A DNA stretch of 58,624 nt, filler included, from Sphacelaria rigidula (taxonomy: Eukaryota), in NCBI GenBank assembly GCA_964200075.2. It is 9 parts of 9 records of this genome, joined end to end, with 100 filler letters (N's around TTAATTAATTAA, not from the genome) between each part and the next. Parts side by side here need not be neighbours in the genome. Positions count along the whole stretch, not along the records: positions 6,527 to 12,951 come from CAXNAA020020146.1; positions 13,052 to 19,476 come from CAXNAA020020147.1; positions 19,577 to 26,001 come from CAXNAA020020148.1; 6 more parts are not named here. The stretch is one strand, 5' to 3'. How positions within the stretch are numbered: position 1 is the first letter of the stretch; each line of letters begins with the position of its first letter. Positions 11,600 through 24,233 of the stretch are shown in pieces. A program made the translations under genes and the position numbers. The notes under the pieces are model-generated. The model was given only the letters and a program-made list of their open reading frames with translations, made no database searches and was not told the origin of the DNA.

Positions 11600-12440
11600 T
11601 GTCCCGTCGCGTCCCTCGCGAATCGCTCGGCAGACGCTGAAGAGGAAACTGGACGCGAGGGGCTTCACGCCGAAAGTTCCGCGTGCCCCGCGTGCCGAGT
11701 GTGCAAGGATCTCGCTGTATGCCGCCGACTTCGGCTCGAGAGCCGCGTTGCTTCGGCGTGTGGAGCAAGACGGGCTGACTATCGACGACTTGAAGAGATT
11801 CGTTTCGAAGGTCAACGATGAATTGGGCTGGCGTGCCGAAGACGTGAGTGAACACCTGGGCCCGCCAGCAGTTTGTACTGGCGGCTGAGCAGTCATGTGC
11901 AGCGTGATGTTGGGCGACTTTTCGTTTCTCGACCCTTGAGCTCATACATTATGTAACGGTGGCGAATTTTGTTTCCTCATTCAACTCATCTCGTGCGGGA
12001 GGGCGTGCATCAGGAGGTAGGTCTGCAGCGCACAGCAACGTACTTGCATCGGGCTGATCCGAGAAACTGAAATGGTTACTCACGGTGAGTGCTCGGTGTG
12101 AGCGCCCCTAGGCTGGCCCGGCTCGTACAACTCCAGAAATGATTCTTTCAGCAAGCCGCAGCTGCCGTGGAACCCGTTCATGCTCTGGTGAATCGTGCAC
12201 ACGCTCCCGAAACGCCGCATACCTTGGTCTCATCGACGTGCGCTTAACACACACTGACCCCACGTGCTCTACTCCCCAGGAACGTAAGCACTCTCGGAGA
12301 AGCATACAAAGTGAATTCGATGTGGGGCCATGGTCCAGTGCTGCCGTGCGGGATGCACGGGATAAACTCGCACGGGTACTCGACGAGCAACAGGTGCGTG
12401 CGTGCGTGCGTGCGTGCGTGTGTGTGTGTGTGTGTGTGTG

Positions 12441-12478
<38 letters not shown>

Positions 12479-12885
12479 GTGTGTGTGTGTAAAACACACA
12501 GCGGTCTCGACGTGTTGTTTTACGCCACATTGTAAGAGAGGAGCCGCCAGACGAGTGAGCATGCGCGTTGCCTCTTGATCCCTGCCTCTGCCCGTTACAG
12601 AGGCGGGGACCCAGGACTGCGGAGCGAGCCAAACCTGCTGCGCGCGTTGGAAAGTGGCCTAGGTCGGAGGGCAACCCTTTCGTATCTTCCGAAGAGGTAA
12701 GGTCGGGTCTTGCATTCGAACCCTTCGCGTTTCTTCTTCGTAGGCCTCAGTGCGGAGCCACCAGCGACTTCCACCTCAGGCCCACGACGCTCCTCTACGA
12801 CGCGCGCCCCCCTGGCACAGCCGCCGCTGATCGTGCTCTGACACCCCCTCCCCCGCTCCCCCACCCTGAAAAGGTAGTCATATAG
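11600..12885 (+). pseudogene. Compact multi-exon gene of unknown function, probably decayed or TE-borne
   Basis: Phase-compatible exons ~11600-11843, 12021-12084, 12112-12187, 12280-12393, 12601-12696 and 12744-12885 with GT..AG boundaries; in-frame stops upstream of 11600; one intron is only 27 nt. Confidence 0.35.
12394..12490. repeat. (GCGT)n/(GT)n microsatellite
   Basis: Read directly. Confidence 0.95.
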
Positions 12886-14955
12886 TGGCAGAATGTAAAC
12901 TATACAAGGAGGAACGAGACGTGCTAGAGGGGGAAATGCGAGACGTGAACGNNNNNNNNNNNNNNNNNNNNNNNNNNNNNNNNNNNNNNNNNNNNTTAAT
13001 TAATTAANNNNNNNNNNNNNNNNNNNNNNNNNNNNNNNNNNNNNNNNNNNNAAATGAGTACGCCTCCCCCCCCCACTTCCCCCCGGTCGATCTCCACTCG
13101 TATATGGTGCTCGGGGTTGCGCAAGGTCGTACCCCCTGGGGCACTTTTGGGGTGGAAGATTGACGGCCCGATTCAGGCAGATGCGTTTTCTTCTGAGATG
13201 TACGTGATCCCCGTCGTTGAAAAGGTGAGGGCGTGAATTATGAACATTATTTATTTGACGAGAGTCGACGCGGTGCAGGGGGGCTGATCCAATCCGCGAT
13301 ACCATAATGCAGGGCATGTACCGAAGGCGAGGCAGCTCGGTCCCTTGACGCGACGGACGCGTCCCGAGCAAGGGGAAGAGTTGAAAGTATGACGAAGAAG
13401 AGGAAGAAACGTTTCTCTCCCTCTTTGTTTCCGTATCTCTCCCCTGGAGTCCTCCCGCCCGTCTCTCAGAAAAGATGCTGTAGGTTGAGCAACGACGTGA
13501 ATTTATACTCAGCCACGTAAACATTCATCAATATCATATCGTAGCCTTTTTCTCAAGATCCCATTTTCATGACGGTATGGCTGCAGACGGATTCTGGATT
13601 AGGCTCTGGTCGTTGTGTCGTGATCTGGTGCCGAAAAATCACCAAGCAGTCTCAGTTTTGAAATGGAAGCTTCAGCATCAGCTTGATTGGTTGCCAAAGG
13701 TTCTGCTCCCCGCTGCGATGGAAGCTCGTCTCACGAACGCTATGTTATCGCGGTAGGGGACTAAGTAGCAATCCATGCGTAGCCTAGCCCGCGTCGGTAT
13801 TCAACCCTCACTCCTACCTTCAGGAACGGCATGTACGGCGGGAAGTGGTTGGGGAGCGTGTATGGCATACTCTTCCTCCACTCGACAGCGCTACTCTGTA
13901 CTTGAAAAATCTTGTGTTGTAAATAATGTATAACACAGCTCAGGACTTTCACGGCTCTAGGCTACACAGCGCGTGTAGTAAGAGTTAAGTTTTGGAGGTA
14001 CTGCCGCTATGTAGGTATCATCAATCACGAGTCCGTCCACTTATGTGTCAGCGTATAGCTACAGTCAACAGCGTCTGGTGGCCACAACAACCCTGCGTAG
14101 CCCCGTGTCACGGCATTTACAGTCTACTGGGGTGGCGGGTGTTATATTCCCCCCAGAACGAAACAGGTATTCGTGGCCTGCGGCCGAACGCTTTGCTTCG
14201 GTGGTTCGGTGCTCGAATTTCAGATCCATTGTCTATAAAGTTGTTGCTCAACAATTCATTTGAATCCATCGTCTCTGAGTTGCATGCCCTGAATGATATA
14301 CAACGGCATTGCGATTCATGTATGATATATGTCATGGCTTCGTGTGAACTTCTCGACTTGGCCGTTGCCAACCGTTGAAACGTTAGGGTCTGATGGAGCA
14401 ATCGATCGCCTCCTTTTCGAATCCACCCACAATAGTGCGACTAATGCATTATTTATCCAAATCGTTACATAAATCACAAATAAAAGTTGAAACCCCCCAA
14501 CAAAATGCACCTTTTGAACTACCTGTCAGTGCAAGTACGTGCAGCTACTCTGGCGTTGATCTGTGCCCCCTCCACCGTGTGACAATATCCTACGCACACA
14601 CCCAGGCTAGACGCCACGCTGCGTGCAGTAGAGTCTGCGAGTTTGCGCCAGGGGGGTGCCCCTCGTCATATAGTAAAGTAAATGTACAGTCTAGGTCCCC
14701 CCTGTTCACGCATTCAATCAGCTTATTGTTCGCCAGGGTACGCCATCTCTTGAATCGGGACCGTGATCAACCCGGAAAACGGATGCAAGATCCAGAGGAC
14801 CCACCCTGGCGGTTAAGCGAGCCATCACGTTCTACCAGTACTGTCGAGTGCATGGCGTACTATGGTGTGTACGTTCTCAGAACGTTTTCCGGCCCACACA
14901 TAACATATATGTACGATATATTCTTGTTGAAGACAGGAACAAGAGAGTGAAGAAC

Positions 14956-15909
14956 CACAGCTTCTCACGGGAAAATGATGTCACTTGAAATCTCACACGA
15001 CGGGAATTCCCGTTCCGTCCAGTCGTTTTTATGTCGACAGGAAGAATATCCTGCTGCATTCGATTGTCGTTTTGGAGACGGTAAAATCTTTCCGTCCCAT
15101 CCCGTTGTTGTTTTGACCACGGGAACGCGCTCCCCTCCCGTCCTCAACCAACGGGAAAACATTCCCGTCCCATCTCGTCCTCGCGGGTAAATTCCCAGCA
15201 TTATTTGCGGAAAATCCTGTCGGATTGGATGGAACATCCCGTATATGGAACGGGAACTCACGTCCAATCTGACGAGAACGTAGTAGATCTTTACCCATGT
15301 GGGATGTGGGCTAGTCTTTGTTTTGTCTATTTTCAGACCCCGGTTCCTTCAACAGCTTAATATGACTCAAATTCAACGTGGAAGGAAAAGACGGTCACAA
15401 TTATTGGGACCGGGACGTATGATGGGACTTCCGGATGGGACTTCCCGCTCCCCCCCGAAATTCACGGGACGGGGCGGGACTGTTCTCTTGCTGCAAATAT
15501 GGGTCGATTCAACCACTGTTGTCCGATGTTATACCTCGAAATATATTACTGTTCCTTCATGGACACACTCATGGTCTTATTGTGCTTGTTCCCTGAGCGT
15601 TACACTCACATTGCTGTGAGGACGGGACGGGACAGGGCAGGGCAAGACAGAACCGAGCGGAACAGGATGAAATAGGGCAGGAAATGACGGGAGTTACCCT
15701 CCCGTCAGTCCCCGACATTCCCTACCGGTCCTGTCATTTTTCTGGTGGCGGGAACCGTTTCCGTCCCACTCCGTCGCTTTTCTATCGACGGGTAACCGTT
15801 CTTATCCGGTCCCATCGTTTTGATGACAGGAAAAGGGTCCCGTCCCGCCCCGAGAATTTCCAGGGGACGGGAATTCCAGTCCCGTCCCGAACTCCCGCGA
15901 CAAGCCCCG
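14956..15909. mobile_element. Non-autonomous DNA transposon (MITE-like) rich in GGGACGGGA/TCCCGTCCC motifs
   Basis: Imperfect TIRs CACAGCTTCTCACGGGA ... TCCCGCGACAAGCCCCG; many internal motif copies in both orientations; no clear TSD. Confidence 0.6.
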
Positions 15910-16924
15910 TAATAAATTCCGATTTATTTTAAATCAGAGTCGATAAATTCGGCAGGAAAATTTGACCCAAAATTCTGATAAAAGTATCGAACCGATTTTC
16001 AGCTCATCAAGAAGCTACTTTATCATGATGCAGCCAGAGCAATACTACTGCATCGGATGCACGGTACACCGTAGTACAGTACTGTGAGGTTATGTACCGC
16101 GCTGTACACACCATCAGGACCTCTTGCACCTGCCTGCACTCCCGTCCTGAGGCATCCCGCCATGAAAAGAGCGGGATCTGAAAAAACTCGTTTCCTTCTC
16201 ATCTCTGCGGATTCACTGGTTTCCTTGTAGTCTATATAGCTACTTCCTGTGCGATACGTAAAACAATAAGGCACGGAAACCAACCCTGCTACGTCCCGCA
16301 CACAACATCCATGTGATCGACAGGCAAACCCGGTCGCCTCTTTCGATGCACACGTTCAAGTTATATTTCCTTCTTGAAGCGCCGACTTCCCGTGCAGCAC
16401 AGTGCGGCGCCGGCATGCCGATCATCGACAAGCCATTCACGATACGTAGGCACACAGCACAGTGTGTGTATAGAGCAGTGCTAGCAAGCGACTGCAAAAA
16501 CCTGACACGAGTTCGACGATCGGAATTTGGATCGATCGTGGCGGGTCATCACGTTCACTACTCTTGATATGTCGTCACCGTGCATAGTTTATTTTCCGCG
16601 GACCTGTGTATTTTCATGCATCTGAGACAGCTTTCTTGGGCGTTGCTGTGGAGCTCGTACACACGTCGAGAGTGTTTTCAACCAGGAATCGACGTTGTCT
16701 GCGTCTACGTTTCGTGCATGCGCGTTTCGGATCCGACACATGCAGGTTATAATGGACCATACGCGAGACGCCTATGCGATGAGTATTAGCCACTTGGCAA
16801 GTGTGTAAACCCCCGTTTATGTCTGTCCTGTTTCTGCCTCGCTATCTCTGACTGCCTGCCTCTATTTGCCGTTTTCTCTGTTTCTGTCTCCCTCTGTCGC
16901 ATCTCTTGTTCCAAATCGCGACAG

Positions 16925-19233
16925 ATTATGGTTTCCGTGGATCATACGGAGAACGAAGAACTTTACTCTCTCGGAGAGGCTATTGACCTCGCATTTCCGG
17001 GTGACACTGTCGAGCTGGAGCCGGGTTCGGTGAGAGAGCTGAGCTGCAAAAAGGAACACCCTGAACACGAAAGCGTTCGCATGTAGTTCTGCTATGTATT
17101 GACCACATTTCCAGTATTTTTGTGAGGACTATTCGAAATCACGTGCGCGTGTTGAAGAAGATAACCGTGCATCACGCCCCTTTCGTGGCAAAGAGAGAAA
17201 TGAGAAACCGGGAGAATCGGGTGATAGAAAGTATCTATGAGTAGAGGGGGTTAAACAAACAAACAGTGTATCTACTTTCACACCCTGGGCGAAAGATTGC
17301 ATCGTCAAAAATGTACTGCGTTTAGTATGGAATCATTTGCCTATTGTAACAGACACAATGATCGATACTGTACGCAGTAAACTTCTTGATGATTTAATCT
17401 ATTGTCCAGTGCGTGATCTTCTCGCACATGATGTCCGGGTGCTTCGATCAATCGCTCTGTGCCCAGATACTCTCCTGCAGCAACATACCAACGTTTCATT
17501 TACAGGTGAAGTCTGATGCATGTAGTGTTTCCCGGGTTACTGTTTTTCTCCCTCTACTCCTGCTATGTCCTGTTTTCACGCATCAGTACTTCGAGAACAT
17601 ACAGAGCGTGAGGCGAGGGCTTCAGGAAGTGCCCATCATAATCCAGGGCCCGCCTTCGGCAGTCATCCGTGGTGCACTCGATGACGAGGAGAGCGATGCC
17701 ATTGTGCAGATCAGTCACGACCACATTCATCTCAGCGGCTTCTCGGTGAACGGCATCGGGTGAGATTGACAAAAGATAACGCGGAGCGTTCAGCGAGTGG
17801 GTGTATCCGGTCGGATATCCTTGACTGTGGGAGTACCACGGAAGATCATGACCGCAGGACGACTCAGTTTGTACATGATGGACATTCCGTCCGAGTCGCG
17901 GCCGACACCATGTCACCCTTGTCCGAGAGGTCCTTTTTGTTGTCAATCACCCACAAGTAGTTTGTTGCTGACCTCTGAGCAAACCGCGATTCGTACGTGG
18001 AAACTTGTTCAGAAGGTCATGGAGATCATTCCCCTCCTGCCCCCCCGTACGTCATTCGTTTTTTAGGGATCAGGAGAATGGAGAGGAGGCTCCCCTGAAG
18101 CCTAAACTGTTCAAGCGTCACCTCATCCATGTACACAACGACGCTTGGGAGTACACGAGCAACGGAGGACACTCGCACAGGTATTGGTCACCGAAATAAG
18201 GAATTGTTGTGCCAGGAGCGCTCACCAATGGCGTTCTTCGTCGCCATGTATGTGTGGCCTTTTTCTCACTCGCCTTGTTACATACACCACCAAGGGCGGC
18301 TCTGTGCTTGCTACCTCATGTACATACGATACCGACCAGAGCAAGCGTTACGGACTTCATCGCGGACGGTCTCACCCTCAACAACGCTGCCGACACTTGC
18401 TTAAAGGTACGCTATTTCTCAGCACCACAACTATCAACCTCCACTACAGTCATGCGTGTCTTACCCCTGAAATCAACAAATACCGTAGAACAAGGCGGCA
18501 GCCCATCTGAGTGCGCTGGTTTTGAGAGAAAGGGCTGGGAAAAACATGACTCTGATGGATTCAGACGTTGCGAGTTTGACCTATCAGTGTATGTGTGGGC
18601 GATCGTTATCCTTGTCGTAAGGAAGTGTTGACTGTGATTACCCGCAAAACAAATCTCGTGAATTGTACATGGGTGCCGGATTTTATGCAGTATTTACCAA
18701 TCATGCCCAATTAGCTTCACTTGTGTGTGTGGGTACGGTTGCTCATGTAGTACAGTAGTACAATCCGCGGAATATTTTCATGGGTAAAAAGGCTTGGAGA
18801 AGCAAAAACTGCACGTTCGATGACCTTAATACCAGCCATCCCCTGAGATTAGGTAGTGCGAAATGGGAAGATTATGGTTGTAAGTAAGTACATAGATTAC
18901 CAAAACGTATACTGCATTTTTTATTGTTTAGAGTGTGACACACAGAAAAAAACACAAATATACAATGAACAAGAGGGTGTGCGATGTACAGGTGCCCAGA
19001 GCACATTTAGGTTCGAAAGTATTGAACAACAGAAGAGACGAAAAATTCATCCGCGAGAGCCGCTCGTACAACGTTTTACTAAAATCACACCTGCCTCAAT
19101 TTCGTATCGTGCTCGCTGTTGCTGCTCACGCCTACTTTTCGTCGCGTGCATGTGTGTTTGGGAGCAGCTTTCATACTTTGTGACTCACTCCAGCATCACG
19201 AGTAACAACATCCTGCACTGCGGTCAAGCGATG
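16925..19233 (+). CDS. Right-handed parallel beta-helix (pectin-lyase-like fold) protein, partial; exons 16925-17029, 17587-17759, 18067-18180, 18340-18406, 19168-19233
   Basis: All five exons have AG/GT boundaries with matching phases (0,2,2,0); joined peptide SLGEAIDLAFPGDTVELEPGSYFENIQSVRRG..PIIIQGP..VQISHDHIHLSGFSVNG..LIHVH..DGLTLNNAADTCLKLSYFVTHSSITSNNILHCG; truncated by the contig end. Confidence 0.82.
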
Positions 19234-19381
19234 GTAAGCATCCCCCCTGCGCACCACTATCATCAGTACCACCTCCCCCGAATCGCCCCCGATGCGAGGT
19301 TGTAGATGCATTTCTCACGGCAATGTCGATAGGTTTTGTTGTTTCTTGAGCTCTACATGAACTCGGGGGGGGAGGGGGGGG

Positions 19382-19444
19382 GTTCTCATTTGTTGCTAGC
19401 CTCAGTCGTTCGGCCATTGACCATGCATCCCTTCCGAGACGGAG
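19382..19444 (+). repeat. G-tract-anchored short repeat, subfamily A
   Basis: Consensus match with G tracts on both sides, at contig end. Confidence 0.85.
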
Positions 19445-19654
19445 AAGGGGAGGATGGGGGGGGGGGGGGGGGCCCCNNNNNNNNNNNNNNNNNNNNNNNN
19501 NNNNNNNNNNNNNNNNNNNNTTAATTAATTAANNNNNNNNNNNNNNNNNNNNNNNNNNNNNNNNNNNNNNNNNNNNACAAACAAAAGAAGAAAGAAGAAA
19601 TAGGGACCGGGAGGGGGGGGAGGGGAGGGGGGGGGGGGAGATAATGGCTGTTCA

Positions 19655-20965
19655 TTTTATTATGAGCTTGCGGTTCTTCATACAAAATTTCATAGCACAA
19701 CTCTCAAAAACTGAGACGTGATATCCAGATTTAGTTCATCTAGTGCCTCCGCTGGTAATATATCGATTTTAGTATCGAAACTTATGTGCGCCAAATCTCA
19801 AGGTAGATAACGAATTAGGTGAAGTTAAGGGTATCTATCGTCTCCCCGTGCTCCAGGGAATGTCCACACCAAAATCGTCATCCGCTGAACGTATCGTGCG
19901 GGGTTCCATATAGATTTTAGTATGGACGCTCTCTCCGTACGGTATAGGAATTACTAGATACGGAGTTTAATCAACGAGAAAATATTGGCCCGGACTTTCA
20001 AGCAGATGGGCACCTTCCCCTTGAGTAAACGATTAATACGATATGCGGATCACGGCCAAACTCGTCTGTGTCGATGAGATATTGCTTCCAGAGCCTAAAT
20101 CCGTTTTTAGGCTCGCCCAGCTCGTAGGTATCGTAGGTATGAGTTCGAAGATACCTGATTGAGCAGGGCCGGTGGGTATTGAAATCTCGAAATACCGTGA
20201 TATCGTAAGCCTCATAGGTACGACATTTGAAAATACCCGATTGGGCGGGTACGATAGGTATGACATTTGAAAATACCTGATCGAGCGGGTACGGTAGGTA
20301 TTGACATCTCGAAATACCGTGGTATCGTGGGTATTGTAGGTATGACATTTGAAAATGCCCGATGGGACCGGTATCGGTAGGGTATGAGATGTCCCACATA
20401 CCGGTACCGGGTACGTACCTTACCTACGGTGCCTGTGGTTGTTTCCTTACTGCTGAACAACAGTACGAGCTGGTCCAGCCTAGAAACGGGTTTAAGCTCT
20501 CAAAGCAAGATCTCATCCACACAGACGAGGTGGGCCATGATCCGCATCAAATTGATTAATTTAGTATTGATCGTCTTATCAAGGGGAAGGTGCAAATCCG
20601 CTCAAAGTCTGGGCCATTTTTATCTTTTTCTTGAACGCCATGTCTAGTAATTCCTTCGGTATACCACACGGACATGGTGTCCATACTACAGTCTATACGG
20701 AACCCGGAACGATATATACACTGGACAATGACGACGTTTGTGCGGACATTCCCTGTGACACGGGGAAACGATCGATACCCTCAGCTTCACCTAACTTGTC
20801 ACCTATCTCGAGATATGGCGCACATAAGATGCTATACCAAATCAATTCGAAGTACATTATAGTACGAGCAGGGGCCCCACATGCACTACATCTGGATTTC
20901 GCGGCTCAGTTTTTGAGAGTTGTGCTTTGAAATTTTATATGGAGAAGCGCTAGTGCATAATAAAA
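19655..20965. mobile_element. Foldback element: ~470-500-bp inverted arms (19655-20126 / 20464-20965) around a tandem array
   Basis: AGCACAACTCTCAAAAACTGAG vs CTCAGTTTTTGAGAGTTGTGCT; CTTATGTGCGCCA vs TGGCGCACATAAG; CACCTTCCCCTTGA vs TCAAGGGGAAGGTG; CTCGTCTGTGT vs ACACAGACGAG, in mirrored order. Confidence 0.85.
20127..20415. repeat. Seven ~41-bp tandem units, each with a GGTAT-N11/12-ATACC palindrome
   Basis: Units near 20136, 20176, 20217, 20257, 20297, 20339 and 20381. Confidence 0.85.
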
Positions 20966-21359
20966 ATAAAACTTCATATTTTTCTCAATGTTTCCATTTC
21001 TTTCATTTTCCTTTTTTCGTTATTTTACGCTACTTCTTATGTGTCAAAAAACCTCTATCGGAAAACGCGTTTTTTTATATAAAAAAATTATGATGACATT
21101 TTCCGATAGCCCGAAGTTGTTAGAAAATCAGGATATTCCGATAACTTCGGGCTATCGAAAAACGTTATCGAAAAAGCATTTTTACCTCGTTCGAATACAC
21201 CTTACAGCCCACGACAGCACCTGTGATGGCTTGGCTCCCATCACTACTAATGCTGTCGCTGGTGACGGCGGGCATTCAGCGTGTTGCATCATTGCCCTTC
21301 GCTCGCCAGTGGCGTGGTGGCCCTTTACCCCATGAGAACAGCAGAGGGTAGGCTCGATG

Positions 21360-21990
21360 ACGACTGCTGTACAGACAGGACAGTCTGTGCTATATGTCGT
21401 CCGTACAATATTGTAGCTCAGTTCAGGTCTGTGCACGCAGCGTGTTGCGAACAGCACGCACCCAAGCCTTGTAGACAGGACCGGACTGACAGTACACACA
21501 AGACTGTAAGATAGGTGATGCTACTACTGTAGTACAGCCAACGCATACAACACAACAGTAATGTCTATACTGTTGTCCGTACTAACCGTACAACCAAGTA
21601 CCACCACAGTGCAGCGAACTTGCAGCTCAGTTCCGGTCTGTGCATACATGCGTGTTGCAAACATACGTAGCTTTGCAGTACAGACTGCCTACGCACCCAA
21701 GCCTTGTAGATGCAGGACCGTACTGACAGTACACACAAGACTATGAATAGTGCTACTGTTGTAGTACTACAGGCAGTGCATGCAGTACGGCACTACTGTT
21801 GTGTGTACTCTTGTCCGTGTTTTCCTTTGAGTCAAGTACTACCGTGCAGTGAAAAAGCACAACCGTCACTTCTACAGTCAGTTGGTACAGCAAGGCAATG
21901 TTCTTTTTTATTGTCTTGCGTCACGCAGCCCACCATGTATTGCTCAGGCAATGTATCACAGTAGTACAGTCAGCACGGACCGTACACCAC
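21360..21990 (+). repeat. GTAC/TACAG-rich repeat with an internal ~210-240-bp direct duplication
   Basis: CAGTTC.GGTCTGTGCA...CGCACCCAAGCCTTGTAGA...CTGACAGTACACACAAGACT at ~21420 and ~21630. Confidence 0.65.
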
Positions 21991-22512
21991 GACAGGACAG
22001 CAGAGTGCTGCGTCTCTCTCGCGCACCCCAGAATTTGAAATTATGCCTACACACATCATAGAGAACGATGAACCCTGCGTTTTAAATGTTGAGGATAGTG
22101 CGTCGATCACATAAAAGGGCTACTTTGAAAATTCTGTTAAAAAACGTGCTGTTGAAAAACGGCTTTTCTGATAACGTGTTTTTTATCCACAAGAATTAGC
22201 CTTGGAGGAGTTTTCAGGGGAAATGGACATTGTTCTTGGACCTTACCTCAGTTTTCCAGCCCAATTTTTCGGATTTTTATTTGAAACTTGGCATGGAGAA
22301 TCTCGCAAAGGCATTCTGAAAAAAATATGTGGAACTTCATTCTTTTTTGGAGAGGTAAAAAGGGCGTTCTCGTGAAAAAATGGTCTTGACTATACTGAAA
22401 CATCTCAAATCAGTTGAAATCAAAAAGCTGTCGCACTTGTTTTGGTTCACTACTCACGAAATACTGTTCTGAATTACGACCGGCCCGGTTTTTAGATTAC
22501 TCCGCCTGATCT

Positions 22513-22925
22513 CAAATTTGAGAGTCAAGACCACTTTGGACGGCAACCAATCCGTATTTGTACAAATACCAGGATTCCAGCCCGTTTGAATCTGATTTTC
22601 TCCCGTGGATTGATTTTTCGGACCCCAGTCCATTGGGCAATGTTTTTCGCCTAGCTCTGAACAAACCAAATCAATTCTCCGATTCTCTGGGCGCTGACAT
22701 TGGGTTTATCACCTTTCTGCTAAGATCGGGAAACTCCCGCATCTCCCCCGATTTGGGCCCCAGATTCAGGTTTCCTCAGGGGTAGGCGAAAAACATTGCC
22801 CAACGGACCGGGGGTTCGAAAAATCATTTCACGGGAGAAAATCGGATCTAAACGGGCTGAAATCCTCATATTTGTACAAATACGGATTGGTTGCCATACG
22901 AAGTGGTCCAAGACTTTGAAACTTG
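22513..22925. mobile_element. Palindromic MITE/foldback
   Basis: GGCAACCAATCCGTATTTGTACAAATA vs TATTTGTACAAATACGGATTGGTTGCC; TTGGGCAATGTTTTTCGCCTA vs TAGGCGAAAAACATTGCCCAA. Confidence 0.85.
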
Positions 22926-23439
22926 GTACGGAGAATGAATAGGGCATCACGATGAGAAAAAATATGCATGCACTGAAACGGGAGTCTCAAGGAGAGTAGG
23001 GAGAGGATGGAAGCTACTAACTGCTGACTCCGATGCACCCCTCCCTCCGTGGCGGTGGGCGGTGTCATGTGGCGCCCTTTCTGTTTTGCCTAGTTTATGC
23101 ATACGCATAGCTGTCCTCTCAGAGGTTCAAGGATAGGTTTCTTCTTTCTTCTTTTTCTCTTCACCTTTTTTGTTTTTTGTTTTTTGTTTTGTTTCTCTTG
23201 TATCGCGTCTGTGTGAATGTTTCGTGAGTCCGATTTTATTTCCTGATTTTCCTTTTACCCTAACATGGGGTGGTAGCGTGTGACCACGGAAGACCTCCGA
23301 GTCAGATGCCCAATACAGCACTGCGCAGATACCGGAACGACCTTTTAATGTGAAGCCTTTCGACTCTCGCCTGGCAAGCTATAATTTACAAGCTTTCGCC
23401 CCCACCCCTTCCATCATCTACCATCGGTCGACATTCGAA

Positions 23440-23870
23440 ATCATGTCAAACTTCCGGCTCCGATTGTACTTGACCATAACCGCGGCTTCGATCCGGTCAC
23501 CTAACGCCCTCTCCTGGAGGGAGTTCAAACACTCCCTCAAAATGGAAAACACTCGCTCCATCAAACGCGAACGATGGCTACATAAGTACAATATCCATCG
23601 CCACGAGATACCAAGTGGGAAGCCTTGTTTTGTCATCGTCCCAAAACGACAGCAAACTGTAATTTGAGTGCGCGCCCGAGGCCGCGACCAAAAAGTCATC
23701 CTTCTTGGACGAAAGGCCCGCCATGACCTCGGGAGCCACGAAGGGGAAAACAGCAAGCTGGCGGACCTCCTCCAGGGTGTAGCCTGTACGCTGCTTAATA
23801 TACACGAAGCCGATGAGCTGACGCTGTAGGTCGTACGCCGTTCAATGTACAATGGGCCCCATGGCATAAC
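23440..23870 (-). mobile_element. hAT transposase 3' remnant (C-terminal dimerization domain), frameshifted
   Basis: LLSFWDDDKTRLPTWYLVAMDIVLM*PS then ERVFSILRECLNSLQERALGDRIEAAVMVKYN, matching the hAT dimerization consensus (W......P.L..LA...L..P.SS...ER.FS). Confidence 0.8.
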
Positions 23871-24233
23871 TCTTGTATAAAATGTTATTTACATTATTCA
23901 ATTCAACATAGTGTCAAGTACATGCAATACAAACAAAAACGTTTTTCGGATCAGACCCACAACCATGGCAGTTTGGAGTATGGATTATTGAAGCCTATCT
24001 GGTGACGAGTAAGGGCTGTCTTAGGCCAACTCTAATGGAAGTCATTCAAAAATGTATTTTTCAAGAATTTCAAACGCGTTTTTGTTTTGCCACGATTCTG
24101 AACCGGTACCAAAGTACACACTATTATGGCAAAAATTTGGAGTTGTACCTTGGTTGAACATGGATATTAAAGCTGGCGTGACCTAGGAGGTGTGCATCAA
24201 TACAACAGCACCCCAAGAAGATATATATCAGAA

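Noticed and set aside
12108..12674. His/Thr- or Cys/Val-repeat ORFs (also near 50000)
   Set aside because: Translations of (GT)n microsatellites
13820..13963. Possible minus-strand exon (PRAVKVLSCVIHYLQHKIF..YMPFLK)
   Set aside because: Splice sites are plausible but there is no recognisable motif and no supported partner exon
17760..17960. Frameshifted continuation suggesting the beta-helix gene is a pseudogene
   Set aside because: A GT donor at 17760 splices in phase to 18067, so this stretch is intron
20127..20415. CRISPR-like array (palindromic repeats with short spacers)
   Set aside because: Repeats are diverged, spacers are related to each other and periodic, there are no cas genes and the context is eukaryotic; this is a minisatellite
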